Shown piece by piece: positions 41,631 through 56,209 of a DNA stretch of 64,000 bases (position 1 is the stretch's first letter; each line of letters opens with the position of its first letter). The translations under genes and the position numbers were made by a program. Below the pieces are notes generated by a model, which was not told the origin of the DNA, did not search any database, and saw only the letters and a list, made by a program, of their open reading frames with translations. The stretch is taken from assembly GCA_951406725.2 (NCBI GenBank), contig OX597835.1:3720001-3784000 (forward strand), given 5' to 3'. The DNA comes from Octopus vulgaris (lineage: Eukaryota).

Positions 41631-42476
41631 TAAATCATCGGTAACGCCGTGATATTGATGACTGTCTTTACACTTTCCAGCGCTGAAATAAACAGAGGTC
41701 TGAGAAAGATGGCTTTCACCTAAAGATACCTGACGTTTCAATTTCGTGTGAAGAAGGTAGGGAAAGAGTTTGACAAATGTCTTGATAATTTGAAAACTAT
41801 GTTTCATACATTTGTTACCACTTCTATATTTAGAGTTGCTCGTCAAGAAGTAAATAATTTTAAATATGGAATAAAATTGAACCAATATACTGAGAACAGT
41901 ATATTCCACCACTGCACGACTGCGGTGGTAACACTAACAAATCATAATAGGCTGTACAACATCTGTCTTTCCATCTTAAGAGGAAAGGGATTACAGTGGG
42001 ACTTTAACTCACAATCTTACAGGGCGAATTGCAGTAGCTTCCCCTGTATATTTGAAGGGGTCAGTAACAATTTTAATGTGGTCAAATCGTTTTGAAATGC
42101 TCTCATATCCTGATAATTACAATTTTTAATAGGTCTTCTGATATATCTCTTTATACTGACCAAATATTATTTGGGGTTCTACTACCTGTCTACCTTAAAA
42201 TGTTCTCTATTCCAAGCAGTGCGGTGTACCTTTGATATGGATCAAGTGAAGCTAAGCTTCTCAACCTCTAGAATATCTTAGTCGACCAAATACGCCTTTG
42301 ATTAATTGCATGGCCACTACCTCACAGAATTATGTAATATCGAACGACTGGAAGATGATGAAAAAGGTATAATTCTCTAATTCTCCATTCTATGTTCTCT
42401 GTGTGTGTATGTATATGTATATGTGTATATATATATATGAGTGTGTGTGTTTGTGTGTGTATGTATATACTCTCTC

Positions 42477-43082
42477 TCTTTTACTCTTTTACTTGTTTCA
42501 GTCATGTGACTGCGGCCATGCTGGAGCACCGCCTTTAGTCGAGCAAATCGAGCCCAGGACTTCTTTTTTTAAGCTTAGTACTTGGTCTATCGGTCTGTTT
42601 TGCCGAACCGCTAAGTTACGGGGACGTAAACACACCAGCATCTGTTGTCAAGCGATGTTGGGGGGACAAACACAAACACACACATACACATACACACACA
42701 TACATACATATATACATATATACGACGGGCTTCTTTCAGTTTCCGGCTATGCAATCCACTCACAAGGCTTTGGTCGGCCCGAAGCTATAGTAGAAGACAC
42801 TCTCTCAAGGAGCCAAGCAGTGGGACTGAACCCGCAACCATGTAGTTGGTAAGCAAGCTACTTACCACACAGCCACTCCTATGTATGCATGTATGTATGC
42901 ATTCTTTAATTATTTTCTTTTACTTGTTTCAGTCATTTGACAGTGGCCATGCTGGAGCACCGCTTCTTAGTCGAACAAAAGCTTGGTACTTATTCTGTCG
43001 ATCTTTTCTGCCAAACCGCTAGTTTACGGGGACATAAACAGATCAAAATCAGTCGTCAAGCGACAGTGATGGGACTGACACA

Positions 43083-43152
<70 letters not shown>

Positions 43153-43283
43153 AACACACGACGGGATTCTTTCGGTTTCCGGCTATGCAATCCACTCACA
43201 AAGCTTTGGTCGTCCCGAGGCTATAGTAGAAGACACTTGCACAAGGTGCCAAGGTGGGACTGAACACGGAATCATGTAGTTGA
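42477..43283 (-). mobile_element. Two adjacent SINE family A copies
   Basis: 42477-42880 and about 42915-43283. Confidence 0.8.
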
Positions 43284-43356
43284 GAATGTATGTATGTATG
43301 TATGTATGTATGTATGTATGTATGTATGTATGTATGTATGTATGTATGTATGTATG

Positions 43357-43387
<31 letters not shown>

Positions 43388-44022
43388 TGAACTCCAAAAT
43401 ATGCGCCGGAATGTGCGACCCGTTACCTAAGAGTTTGAAGCACATGATATAGGTTCGACACTCCCGTCTTAAGCTCGACATGATTGGACAATAACTTTCA
43501 TAACTTCAGACAGGCGAAATAAGAACACATATAGAAAAGGTGCGCGGTAAACTTAATTAGTAATTATAATTTATAAGATATACACGTCCTTCAGAAAATC
43601 GGTTAGCCTTAATTATGTGAGCCTAAAGATCTTTGTTTGGAGACAAAAAGTGTCGGGTTCCTTCATCGGTATTATTGAAGCTGACCGGCTTTTTGAATAC
43701 GTGCAGGTTATACATAACGTAGATAAAGGTTACGTTTTTCTTCATTCTTTCTTCTACTTTCTGTTTCTGTGTGTGTGTGGGTACACACACACACACACAT
43801 GCACACACACACACACATGTACACACGCACATACACACACACACAGACTTGCGAGCATGCACATACTGACACATACACATGCATACCTACTTCTCTTACA
43901 CTCTCCTGTCTTAGAAAGAACTTTTTCTTCACCCATTCCCTTCCGGTCATTTCAAAATGTAACCACACGTGAATCGTTGGCGATTTTCTTCCTCCGTCTT
44001 CCTTTCTATTGGACTTTCCTCT

Positions 44023-44275
44023 GTTTCTGAAGAAGAGCTTTGCTCGAAGCGTTAAACCATCTTTTTTCCTTCCCTGAGCGTCTGCTAATACTTTACATGT
44101 ACCACGTCCACGCGTTGTTGTTTTTCCTAGTTGTTCTTTTTTTGTTTTGTTTTGGATTTACTGTCCGGCAGTCAGCCGCCATGATAGATCGTTAGCTACT
44201 ACACACATTTTTTTCTCTCCTTGTTTTTTTTTTGTGTCCCTTTCTGTAGAAGAGCGTAGGCTCGAAACGTAAAAT
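44023..44275 (+). ncRNA. Two minimal hammerhead-like motifs in diverged ~217-bp tandem units
   Basis: gttt-ctgaaga-a-gagc ttt gctc-gaagc-gtta-aac (44023-44057) and ttt-ctgtaga-a-gagc gtag gctc-gaaac-gta-aaa (44241-44274); each has one core deviation. Confidence 0.5.
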
Positions 44276-44366
44276 ACTTTTTCTATTCCTGAGCGTTATA
44301 CTAATACATCTGTTTGTTTTGTACACCACCTGTCTTCGTCTTTTGTTTTTTTTTTTCGTAAACTCT

Positions 44367-44406
<40 letters not shown>

Positions 44407-44779
44407 CTTTGAAGAATTTATTGCCCACTTATTTGCATCCGAACAATAAAAGAAGAATAGGTATCCCATCAAGAAAGATCATTTTAAATTCGTAATTCGT
44501 TGCGTAGTTATTACATGTCTGTAGACAGTTTCACAATATTATTATAGACGACATATTTTGGGGTATGTAATGGGATCAATTTTCTCTGGTTGTGAAGGTG
44601 TTAAAGAGAAAATCAGTGTCTTTACGTTCAAATCTCAGCAAGAGAAACAGAGACGGTTTGTAGACATGTTTAGATGGGTTGTTTGGGAAATAAATGTCAA
44701 AGACGAAATGGCAGCGGTTTGGTTCCTTTCGGTTGCTGTATATACAATCTCACTTTCTCTCTCCTTTTCCTTTTCTCTC

Positions 44780-44818
<39 letters not shown>

Positions 44819-44900
44819 GCTATATATGCATGTGCGTGTGTGTGTGCGTCTATGTGTGTATGTGTGTATATGTATGTAAACATTTGTATGCCGCTGTATA

Positions 44901-44942
<42 letters not shown>

Positions 44943-45001
44943 TGTATATATACATATATGTATCTTTGTATATATATATAAATATATACATACATACATG
45001 A

Positions 45002-45038
<37 letters not shown>

Positions 45039-45119
45039 TACGTACATCCAAACATATATATATATATATATATATATGGATGTGTGTGTATGCATGTGTA
45101 TATATACATACATACATTC

Positions 45120-45191
<72 letters not shown>

Positions 45192-45709
45192 ATATATATA
45201 TATATGTATGTATGTATATGTGTGTGTATAGATACATATATACTTACTACATATATGTTTGTGTGTGTGTATATATATATATGAAGCCTTTCTTTAAAAG
45301 AAAGAAAATAGATTAAAAGAAAAAACAAAACGTAACAAACAAAAAAGAGAAAACAGACAAAATATAAGAAAAGAAAAAATGTAAAATGTCTTCCGAGAAG
45401 GCAGAGAGTAGATGTTTGGAGGGGGGCGGGGGCGGGGAAACGACGATAAATAAAGATGTAAAAACCAGACTTTACGGCGAGACGAGAGGCAAGAACTGAA
45501 AACTGTACGTACCACGTGTCAGCTGCCACAGACCCAACTTTTGGTTAAGGCAGCAAACCGTCACCAGAATTATCGCCGCTGCTACCACCTATTTCATTAA
45601 TACCACAACTGTCGCCATCTTACCAACACTACCACTACCACAACTACCACCACAACACTGCCACCTATACTATCACTATCATTATATTATTAATAACTGG
45701 AAATAATAA

Positions 45710-46335
45710 TCCTTTCTTCTTTAGGCACAAGGTCTGAAATTTTTGAGGAGGGGTGCCAGTCGATTAGATCGACCCCAGTACGCAACTGGTACTTACTTTA
45801 TAGACCCCGAAAAGATGAAAGATAAACTCGACCTCGGCGGAATTTGAACTCAGAACGTAGGGACAGACGAAATACCTATTTCTTTACTGCCCACAAGGGG
45901 CTAAACACAGAGAGGACAGACAAACGGATTAAGCCGATTACATCGACCCCGGTGCGTAACTGGTACCTATTTAATCGACCCCGAAAGAATGAAGGGCAAA
46001 GTCGACCTCGGCGGAATTTGAACTCAGAACGTAACGGCAGACGAAATGCGGCTACGCATTTCGGCCGGCTTGCTACCGTTTCTGCTAGCTTGCTGTTTTA
46101 GATAACTAGGAAAAATAATACCTATTTCTTTACTACCCACAAGGGGCTACACACAGAGGGGACAAACAAGGACAGACAAACGGATTAAGTTGATTACATC
46201 GACCCCAGTGCGTAACTGGTACTTAATTTATCGACCCCGAAAGGATGAAAGGCAAAGTCGACCTCGGCGGAAATTGATCTCAGAACGTAGCGGCAGACGA
46301 AATACCGCAAAGCATTTCGCCCGGCGTTATAACGT
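45710..46335 (-). mobile_element. Three clustered or nested SINE family B copies
   Basis: Core repeated at about 45800, 45980 and 46235. Confidence 0.85.
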
Positions 46336-46355
46336 TTCTGCCAGCTCACCGCCTG

Positions 46356-46399
<44 letters not shown>

Positions 46400-46739
46400 A
46401 AAAATAATACCGTCATTAACTCAACCAATTCCATCACAATGGCACCATTGGCCTTTATTTCGTCTTTTCTTGCTCTACATCTCAAATTTAGCATTGTTTT
46501 ACTTTTGTAGCTTCGTCATTTCATGACAAATATTAACAAGAACATTTACTTTTTGTAATACTATGCACCAAATCAAATCTTATATCTCGATTATTTAATA
46601 AAATATGCGTGTATAAGCTATTTTACCAAATTGCCTCGTTTATAGCTGTTGTTGTTCATTACACTTCTTAGAGCTGTTCCATTTCACTTGCCCCGGTTAA
46701 TTCTGTACGAACGGACAACAGCCTGTTGTCAAGAATCTC

Positions 46740-46920
46740 AGAGGATCTCTTTCCCCGATGCATAACATCCAACTAGCATTCTCAAACCTCACTCTTCTCA
46801 ATAAAGCAGTTTTCTGAGCCCGTTCTACCCTCATATCAACCCCAGTCTCTCCATCAAATTTCTCATATCTGGTTGTTAATGCCCCAACAATTATGGGGAG
46901 AACAGTTGCTTTCTTCATTA
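46740..46920 (-). mobile_element. RLE-type non-LTR retrotransposon C-terminal fragment
   Basis: VLPIIVGAL...ERAQKTALL. Confidence 0.55.
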
Positions 46921-47016
46921 TTATTCAACAACAATCAAAGGTTCGACCTGCTGTTTGACGTATCATCCCAGATTGTTTTCCTCATTGACTATACAGATCT
47001 TGCACAAACATACACA

Positions 47017-47060
<44 letters not shown>

Positions 47061-47068
47061 TACATACA

Positions 47069-47105
<37 letters not shown>

Positions 47106-47314
47106 AATATAAAAATACAAAATGGGACAAGAACGCAAAACACTCATATATACTTAGGTCTTCGAGGGAGGATGACCTCCCTTTGCAAATAACACAAGAG
47201 CACTGAGATAGTGTCTAAAGTCCATCTGGTGACGTTGATCGCCTGGGGCTAAAAGCATCAGTAACACCCCACCCCCAGTGGCTAGCCACATTCAGATGGC
47301 TAGTACACCTTACG

Positions 47315-47351
<37 letters not shown>

Positions 47352-47354
47352 ACA

Positions 47355-47505
47355 GGCTTCTTTCAGTTTCCGTCTACCAAATCCACTCACAAGGCTTTGG
47401 TCGAGGCTATAATAGAAGACACTTGCCCAAGGTGCCACGCAGTGGGACTGAACCTGGAACCATGTAGTTCGTAAGCAAGCTACTAACCACACAGCCACTC
47501 CTACG
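47355..47505 (-). mobile_element. SINE family A head half
   Basis: Head homology ending at a (TA)n tract. Confidence 0.75.
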
Positions 47506-48240
47506 CTCTTTTATATTCAAGACAATTTAGGGTTATGTCAAAAAGTTGGCTTAGCGATTCGTTAGAGATTAATAAACTAAATACCAAAACTGGGGTAAAG
47601 GGCGTGACATGATTGACTCAAACCCTTGACAATCTTCCAGTATGGCCACAGTATAGGGCTAAAATCAGTAAAATCAGTAAATGATATATAAAAAAAAAAT
47701 ATAAAAGAGCGACAGACACCAAACAACTAAATAAAGCAATGTTAGGTGTTTATAGCTCGAGTAAATACATTTAGGCACTGACTGCCTCGTGTATCGTCTG
47801 CCGAACAAGGAATATCGTCTGGTTCAGTGAAAATAATCTCGTCAATGAAGACATTTTGAAACGAATAGTGAGGTGGGTCATTTTTTTACGTATGACGGTG
47901 ATGTATGCATTGAGTGAAGGAAAGAAAGTTTAGGTGCAGGAAAGAAACTGGAGTCTTGGCATGTCTTGGAGACAATTGTCGGTTGGATGTCTGGGTCATT
48001 TGGTTCTGAGAAGTCCTTATCACAAGGGGTCATCACTGTTGATCTGGCGGGAGTGTAACGCTATGAGAGATAAAGGTTTTAAGACTTGCTTTACACATTT
48101 CTGGCTGTAATTTGACGTCTTGTTTCTTAAAGTCTTTTTCTCTCACCTAGCTTTTCGCCTTTCTTTACCCGACTTCTTTCTTTTTTTATACTTTCTCTCG
48201 TTCTTTAATAGATTTTATTTGTTCAATATTTTTTGATATA

Positions 48241-48463
48241 CTCTCTTTTACTCTTTTACTTGTTTCAGTCATTTTGACTGCGGCCATGCTGGAGCACCGC
48301 CTTTAATCGAGCAACTCGACCCCGGGACTTATTCTTTGTAAGCCCAGTACTTATTCTATCGGTCTCTTTGCCGAACCGCTAAGTGACGGGGACATAAACA
48401 CACCAGCATCGGTTGTGAAGCAATGCTAGGGGGACAAACACAGACACACAAACATACACACAC

Positions 48464-48513
<50 letters not shown>

Positions 48514-48676
48514 GACGGGCTTCTTTCAGTTTCCGTCTACCAAATCCACTCACAAGGCTTTGATCAGCCTGAGGCTATAGCAGAAGACACTTACCCAAGG
48601 TGCCATGCAGTGGGACTGTACCTGGGACCATGTGGTTGGTAAGCAAGCTACTTACCACACAGCCACTCCTGCGCCT
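48241..48676 (-). mobile_element. SINE family A
   Basis: Full-length copy. Confidence 0.87.
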
Positions 48677-49109
48677 ATGGTTATTTTATTTAATTCTTTC
48701 AATTCCAACTCTTTCCTTTTGTTCTTCATGTTTCCTCTCTTGGTTTCCATCGATTTTCTTTTATTTTTTTCCTGGTTTTTGTCTTTATTTATTTCTCTGC
48801 TTTTTGTTTATTTCTTTCATTTTTTGTATTTTTGAATTTTCTTCATTCATTCTTTCGTTGTTCAGTTTTTTTTCTTTCTTCTTCTTTGTTTTGATTATTT
48901 AACCTTCCTTTGCACCTTTTAACTTTTACTGCTTTCACTGAGACGGCGTGGCCATGCTGGGGTACTTCCCATATATGTCATCCCTTTTATTATATATATA
49001 TATTCTACCTACTTTTTTTTTCTTCACTCGTTCCCTTTAGCAACGATTCAATTGTGAACCTGGCCGTGTGCTGCAGCAGTTCACTTCACAACACGTGCTT
49101 CAAGGTTCA

Positions 49110-49475
49110 AGGTGAGAGTGGATATTGTCTTTCAGTAAGCATTGTTTTGAGGTCTTGAAGACGAAGGTCCCGAGTTGTTCTATCAGACACTATTGTGCCA
49201 AATTGAAAGGGATATTTATGTTGATGTGCTTCGCGTAGCATGAACTAAAGGGGAGATATTGTTTTGAATCAGTTGGATTATAATAGATGTCAATTATGAT
49301 TTGATTGTTGACATTTTTATGATGATATCTAAAAATGGGAGCTGTTCTTTGTTATATTCCTTTGTGAATTGAACGTTACTATTTATATCATTTAGTGTTG
49401 ATTTGAAATCCAAAGGTTTGTCGATGGTCTCCTTCCAAATGATAAAAAAGTCATCCAGGTATCGTTTCCAATTTT
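49110..49475 (-). pseudogene. Penelope-like element reverse transcriptase remnant
   Basis: Manual translation: WKRYLDDFFIIW...LNDINSNVQFTKEYNKEQLPFLD, then a frameshift, DIYYNPTDSKQYLPFSSC...NIPFNLA, then IVSDRTTRDLRLQDLKTMLTERQYP. These match PLE RT core and thumb motifs. Not in the ORF track. Confidence 0.8.
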
Positions 49476-49628
49476 ATCTTTTGTAAAGGTAAAATGGGTA
49501 GCCATATTTCTGAAGTGATGTGTGTATATATATATATATAAATATATATATATCCGGCCCAGGATTCGAAACCATAATCTTATGATCATGATGCTGACAC
49601 CCTAAACACAAAGCCACGCGCCTCCACA

Positions 49629-49688
<60 letters not shown>

Positions 49689-49860
49689 CACACACTTTAT
49701 TTTTTTGCTAGCAAGGCAACCAATGGTTTTACATGAAGTGGTCTTCACAATTGTTCAAGCCACATGGAAGTGTTGATACTCGTCTCCTCTTTGAATGAGA
49801 ATATACGAGCTTTCACGAGACAGAACATTTATTGAGCTCTAATTCTCCTGTTTGTTTAAG

Positions 49861-50179
<319 letters not shown>

Positions 50180-50497
50180 TTTTTTATGTACCTTCATCCT
50201 TTCTTTCATTGTACTACCACTGATTAAATATACCCGCATTTGTTATACCCCTTTTCCTCCCACTTATTTCATTTCTCCTTCTATTCCTTCTCTCCCTCCC
50301 CTCCTCCCCCCTCTCTCTCTCCTCTCCTCTCCTCTCCTTTCCTCACAACACCTTCTCACCCCATACGTTTCTCACCTGTTCAGGTTTGTCAAATTAAAAA
50401 CGCTTTTGAATCAACAGTCATAACATTTATATTTCTACAGCATTCCACAATCAAATAATTTCTCTCTCCTCCCTCTCTCAATTTCCCTCCCTCAATT

Positions 50498-50528
<31 letters not shown>

Positions 50529-50984
50529 TCCCCTGTTTCCGAAGGGGGCGGAGGCATCTACCACCGCTTCCTCTGCTACCATTGTTGTTGTTGTTACTAC
50601 TGCTGTTATTGTTGTTTTTGTGGCCCTGGTTCAGCCCTCATTGATCACATCTATAATGAAAGACTTTCCTGCCATGACCATTCTGTCATTTTGTTCATAA
50701 TTCTCAGACTATATTTTCTAATATATTTTTTCTCATTTTAAGAGTGCAGAGAGTAATTTGACGGAGATTTGGTTATTATTTCTAGCAGAATAAGCGACCA
50801 CGTACATATTTCCTTGTTTACCCCTTTGCTGCTATTTCTTCTTTTACTTCTTCTTCTTCTCCTTCTCCTCCTCCTCCTCCTCCTTCTTCTTCTTCTTTCT
50901 TTCTTTTTTGCATATAAAAGACTCACAGACTGACCAAGACTAAACACTGCATGACCGATTCTGCCAACCCACTGCCACCATTAC

Positions 50985-51464
50985 CCTCCTCCTCCTTCCC
51001 TCCTCTTCTTCTTCTTCCTCCTCCCACTCCTCTTGTTCCTCCTCCATCTCCTCTTCTTCCTCCTCTCCCTCCTCTTCATCCTCCTCCCCTCCTCTTCTTC
51101 CTCCTCTCCCACCTCTTCATCATCCTCCCCTCCTCTTCTTCCTACCCCTCCTCTTCATCCTCCTCCCCCTTCTTCCTCCCCCTTCCTCTTCCTCCTCCTC
51201 CTCCTCTTCATCATTTTCATCATCATCATCATCATCTGCAGCAGTAACAGCAGCAATAGCAACAGCAACAAGGTACATCGTTGTTCGTCTTTCATCGATG
51301 CTAATAACTGTTTTACATTTTCTACCATCACCACCACCACCACCACCACCTCTACTTCTACTACTACTACTACTACCACCACCACCACCACTACTACCAC
51401 CACCACCACTACTACCACCACCACCACCACCACCACTTACACCACCACCACCACCACCACCACC

Positions 51465-51520
<56 letters not shown>

Positions 51521-51677
51521 CACCACTACCACCACCACCACCACCACCACTACCACCACCACCACCACCACTACTACTACTACTACTACCACCACCACCA
51601 CCACCACCACCACCACCACCACCACCACCACCACCACTACCACCACCACCACCACCACCACTACTACTACTACTACC

Positions 51678-51727
<50 letters not shown>

Positions 51728-52305
51728 CACCACAACTACTACCACCACCACCACTACCACCACCACCACCACCACCACCACCACCACCACTACCACTACC
51801 ACTACCACCGCTACTACTAGCCCTCCTCCCCCCCCTCCCCCGCGCGTATACGCGTATACGCTATCTGCCACATTATTCCCATTGTGTTGCAGTAATGCCA
51901 TAAATCATGGCAGCATTGTTTCGGAGATGCTCAACATTACAGAGATGTCACTCCCAGCCAATCAGGTGCAGCGGAGTCGATGCTGCAGAGAAATGCGTTC
52001 TGTTCTACCACAATACGCCGCCACCCCCACCCCACCCCACCACCCTCGCCATACCTTTGCCCCACCACCACCACCACATTGCTTCAATAAGCACCGACAT
52101 CATACCACCACCACCACCACCACAACCACACTACACTAATAACTACAACACCACTACACCACTACGTCCCTGCCGCTGCTGCCGCCATCACACCACCGCT
52201 ACCTTTCTTACGAATTCTCTACTTCCAGATCTATGAACATCTGTACTATCACCAACGCCCATCATCACCATCATCATCATCATCATCATCATCACCACCA
52301 CCACC

Positions 52306-52336
<31 letters not shown>

Positions 52337-52382
52337 CCATCATCATCATCACCCCATCATCACCATCACCATCACCACCACC

Positions 52383-52415
<33 letters not shown>

Positions 52416-53330
52416 GCCATCATCATCATCATAGTCATCGTCATCATCGTCATCATCGTCGTCGTTGTCGTCATCAAATGATGCTGGCCTTGATGCGGTG
52501 CCAGACGGGAGGATACATTAAGCAATTCCTGTTTGTAATGGTTGAAACCAGAATGAAATGCAGCCTTGGAATATTTATTACGGGGAGAGAAAAAAAGGTG
52601 TGTTAGCAACAACAACAACAGCAACAACAACAGCAACAACAACAACAACAACAACAACTGCAATTGTGGCCCACCATTGTTAAACAAGAAACTCACCAGC
52701 ACAAATAGGAACTACGCGCAACGGGGAAAAAGAAACCCACCTGAGGTTGACCGGATCCTCGGTTGCTGGTTGAAGTACGTCAGCACATTGCCTATGGTTA
52801 TAGATTGATATTCAGCCCTTCTAGATTGGCTGTTGGAAAAGAAAACATTAACCCCCTCAACCCTTCTCCACCAACCACCACCACCACCACCACCACCACC
52901 ACCACCACCACCACCACCACCACCACCACCACCACCACCACCACCACCACCACACCAGCACAAGCACCAGCACCAGCACCACCACCAGCACCACCACCAC
53001 CACCACCACTACCACAACCACAACCACCACCACCACCACCTCCACCACCACCACCACCACTACCTCTACCACCACCACCTCCACCACCACCACCACCACC
53101 AGCATCGCCACCACCACCACCACTACCACCATCACCATCACCAGCATCACCATCACCATCACCGACGCCACCACCACCACCACCACCACCACCATCACCG
53201 CCACCACCACCACCACTACCACCGACGCCACCACCACCCAAATAAACGACCAGCCCATAAAATTACTTACCAACAACATGCAACACCCTTACATCAATCC
53301 TCTACAACAACAACAACAACAACAACAACA
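50985..53330. repeat. Trinucleotide-repeat field: (CCT)n, (ACC/ACT)n, (CAT)n, (CAA)n
   Basis: Direct reading; source of the long poly-T/P/H/V ORFs. Confidence 0.9.
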
Positions 53331-53799
53331 ACGTGTGCCGGTTACTCACCTGGAAGCAATAACAAATTAACAGAGAAGGATGTTGGAAATAGATGTATGG
53401 CTACAAAGAGAGCAGCCACCGGTGAACCAGACTCTTCTTGTTAGAAGACAGTAAAAACGAAGAGAAGCACAGACTGGGCTGGATTGATTACCGAAAGGAA
53501 TTTGCGGGTAACCCACACATTTTGGATGCTAGGGATACTCCGCATAATTATTGTGACCCCCAACACTGACAAAGTACATCAACTACGCCTTGTCAATATG
53601 ATAAACGACATATTTAGGAGAAGACGAGCAAAAGATAATTGAAACCAGTTCGAGGGGCCATAACAACGGGGACCTTCCAAGGAGATGCAATATCCATCCC
53701 ACTTTATTCTTTTTCCTGCCACTGACGACACATAATACACACAAAAACCTGATCTTCTCACTTCCTTATAATCCTCCAACTCCTTTCGAATACTCTAGA

Positions 53800-54245
53800 T
53801 TCTTTCTAATCTTCTTTCTTCTAATCTCCAAACTTTCTTCTAATCCTCAGCTTCCTCCTTCTCCTCTAACTCTCTCCTAATTCTCTACTTCCCTTTAATC
53901 CTCTACCTTCTTTCTAATCCTATAACTCCCTTCTAATCCTCTAAATTTCTTCTAATTTCCTTCTTATCCTCTAAATTCCACCTAATCTTCTAATTGTCTT
54001 CTAATCTTCTGTTTTTTTCTAATTCTCTAACTTCTTTCAAATCCTCTATCTTCTAATCCTCTAATTCCCTTCTAAGCGTCTAATTCCATTATAATCCTCT
54101 AACTCCTTATCCTCTAACTCCCTTCTAATCCTCTAATTCCCTTCTTATCCTCTAACTCCCTTCTAATCCTCTAACTCCCTTCTAATCCTCTATCTTCTAA
54201 TCCTCTAATTCCCTCCTTATCCTCTAACTCCCTTCTAATCCTCTC
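53800..54245. repeat. ~19-bp minisatellite (cctctaactcccttctaat)
   Basis: Degenerate tandem copies, most regular at 54100-54245. Confidence 0.8.
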
Positions 54246-55346
54246 ACTTCTATCTTATTTCTCTTTAATCGTCTGAATGTGCGTCTTAACTCTTCCTTCT
54301 CATTTCTAAACTATTAAAGTCTTTCTTTCCTTTTCTTTTCTCTTTCCAGACTCTTTTCTTTCTTTCTTACTTTCACTTTCATTTCCTTCTCATTCTTAAC
54401 ATTTTCCTTCCTCTCTGTATTTATTTTAGAATTAATTCTCTTCATTTCCTTCTTTCTATTTTCTGCTCCCCCCCTCATTCTTTACCTTCTTTTCTCCTCT
54501 CTATGCTTCTTTCTTTTTATTTTGCTTGCGATTCCTTAATCTATTCGAATATTCATTCATTCATTCCCCAGTTCCTTCTTTCTTTTTCTTTATCGTTCAC
54601 TTCATTCTGTTCAATCATTTTTCTTTCGCTCATTCTTTAATACTTTACCCATTTTCTTCTCATATTTACTTCTCCCTCTTTCTTTTTCCATCTTTGTTTG
54701 TTCGTGTTTCTTTCTTTCTGTCTTTCCTTTTTCCTTCTTAACTTTTTCATTCTACATTTCTTCTTCTTTTTCCTCTTCTTTTCCTTCTCTTTCCCACTTT
54801 ATTCTATCTCATTAAATGTTATTTTCTTCAGATGTTTAAAAAAAAAATCCTTTCTTTCATTCATTGGTTCTGCCTCTCTTTCAAACATCTCTCTCTTCTC
54901 CCTCTCTCTTTAATTCCCACCTTTCCCTCTCTCTCTCTCTCTTTCTCTTTCTCTCTCTCTCCCTCTTTCTTCCCCTCTCCCTCTTATTTCGTCATGCTAT
55001 CTCTAATTCCCATTCAATCTTGAATTAATCAACAACAGAAACAAAAGAAAAAAAAAACTGACATGGAACGACCTTTGGGGTCATGTCAGGTCATATCAGG
55101 TCATCCTTCGTCGGAATAATGTAGCAAATGTACACACACACACACACACATTCACATCCACACACACACATCCACATCCACACACACACATCCACACACA
55201 CACACATTCACATCCACACACACACAAACACAACACACAAACACATTCACATCCACACACACACACAAACACACACATCCACACACACATTCACATCCAC
55301 ACACACATTCACATCCACACACACACATCCACACACACATTCACAT

Positions 55347-55381
<35 letters not shown>

Positions 55382-56209
55382 TTAGATAAATGGTTGTCTC
55401 ATTTAAGAACTTTCATCGTCGATTGGGTTTCGGTTTAACCGTCATTTGCAGTGAAGTGTAGAAAGAGCAAAAGGGGTTTTATGGAGAGATCTAAGGGACG
55501 GAGGGAAAGAATTTAGGGAACTATAAACAATAAAAATAAATATAAAAATGAAGCAAGACAACTGAAAACAAAACAAAAAAGGAAACATCTTAAATTTTTT
55601 TTTTGTTTTTGTTCCCTTTTTCTCCGTTTTTTTCTTTCTCTTTTACTGAAATCCTAATTAAATTAAAAGGTAGACTTTTCGGGTGATTGACTAATTAATT
55701 AGGTTAATTAAATAGCAACTGAAATGTTAGATCTATGTAAAAAGAAAGGTTGGAGATGGGGAGAAGATATTTACTTAATACTGACAGGAACTGGCATTGG
55801 AAGGGGGAGGCGTGGGTGTGGGTGTTGGGGGGGGGGCGGTTGGATGTGTCGGGTAAATAAAGGGGCTGCGTGTATATTCTTATATGTACACACCTCGAGG
55901 TGTCGATATCAATCGATATAAGGCACCAATGCTAGCATGAAATGTGTCTTTTATGGGGGTCTTTTTCCTTCGACCCTTCCTCTTTCAGCTTTGTCCCTCG
56001 CTCTTTGATGTAACCTTGTGCTCTCATTTCGCAACTTGCGTTCTTTAAGGACAATACTAATTCACTGTTACCACCACCACCAACACCAACACCAGCACCG
56101 CCAACAACAACAACAACAACAACAACAATACCGTCACCGCCACCTGACAGTTACCTAAAAGCAGAAACGACGGAGCCATACGTTCATACATACATTCTTC
56201 TATTCTGTT

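Noticed and set aside
51033-53444. Long ORFs (368 aa poly-Thr, poly-Pro, poly-His, poly-Gly) resembling mucins or extensins
   Set aside because: Pure trinucleotide repeats open in several frames on both strands, with no domain or splice evidence
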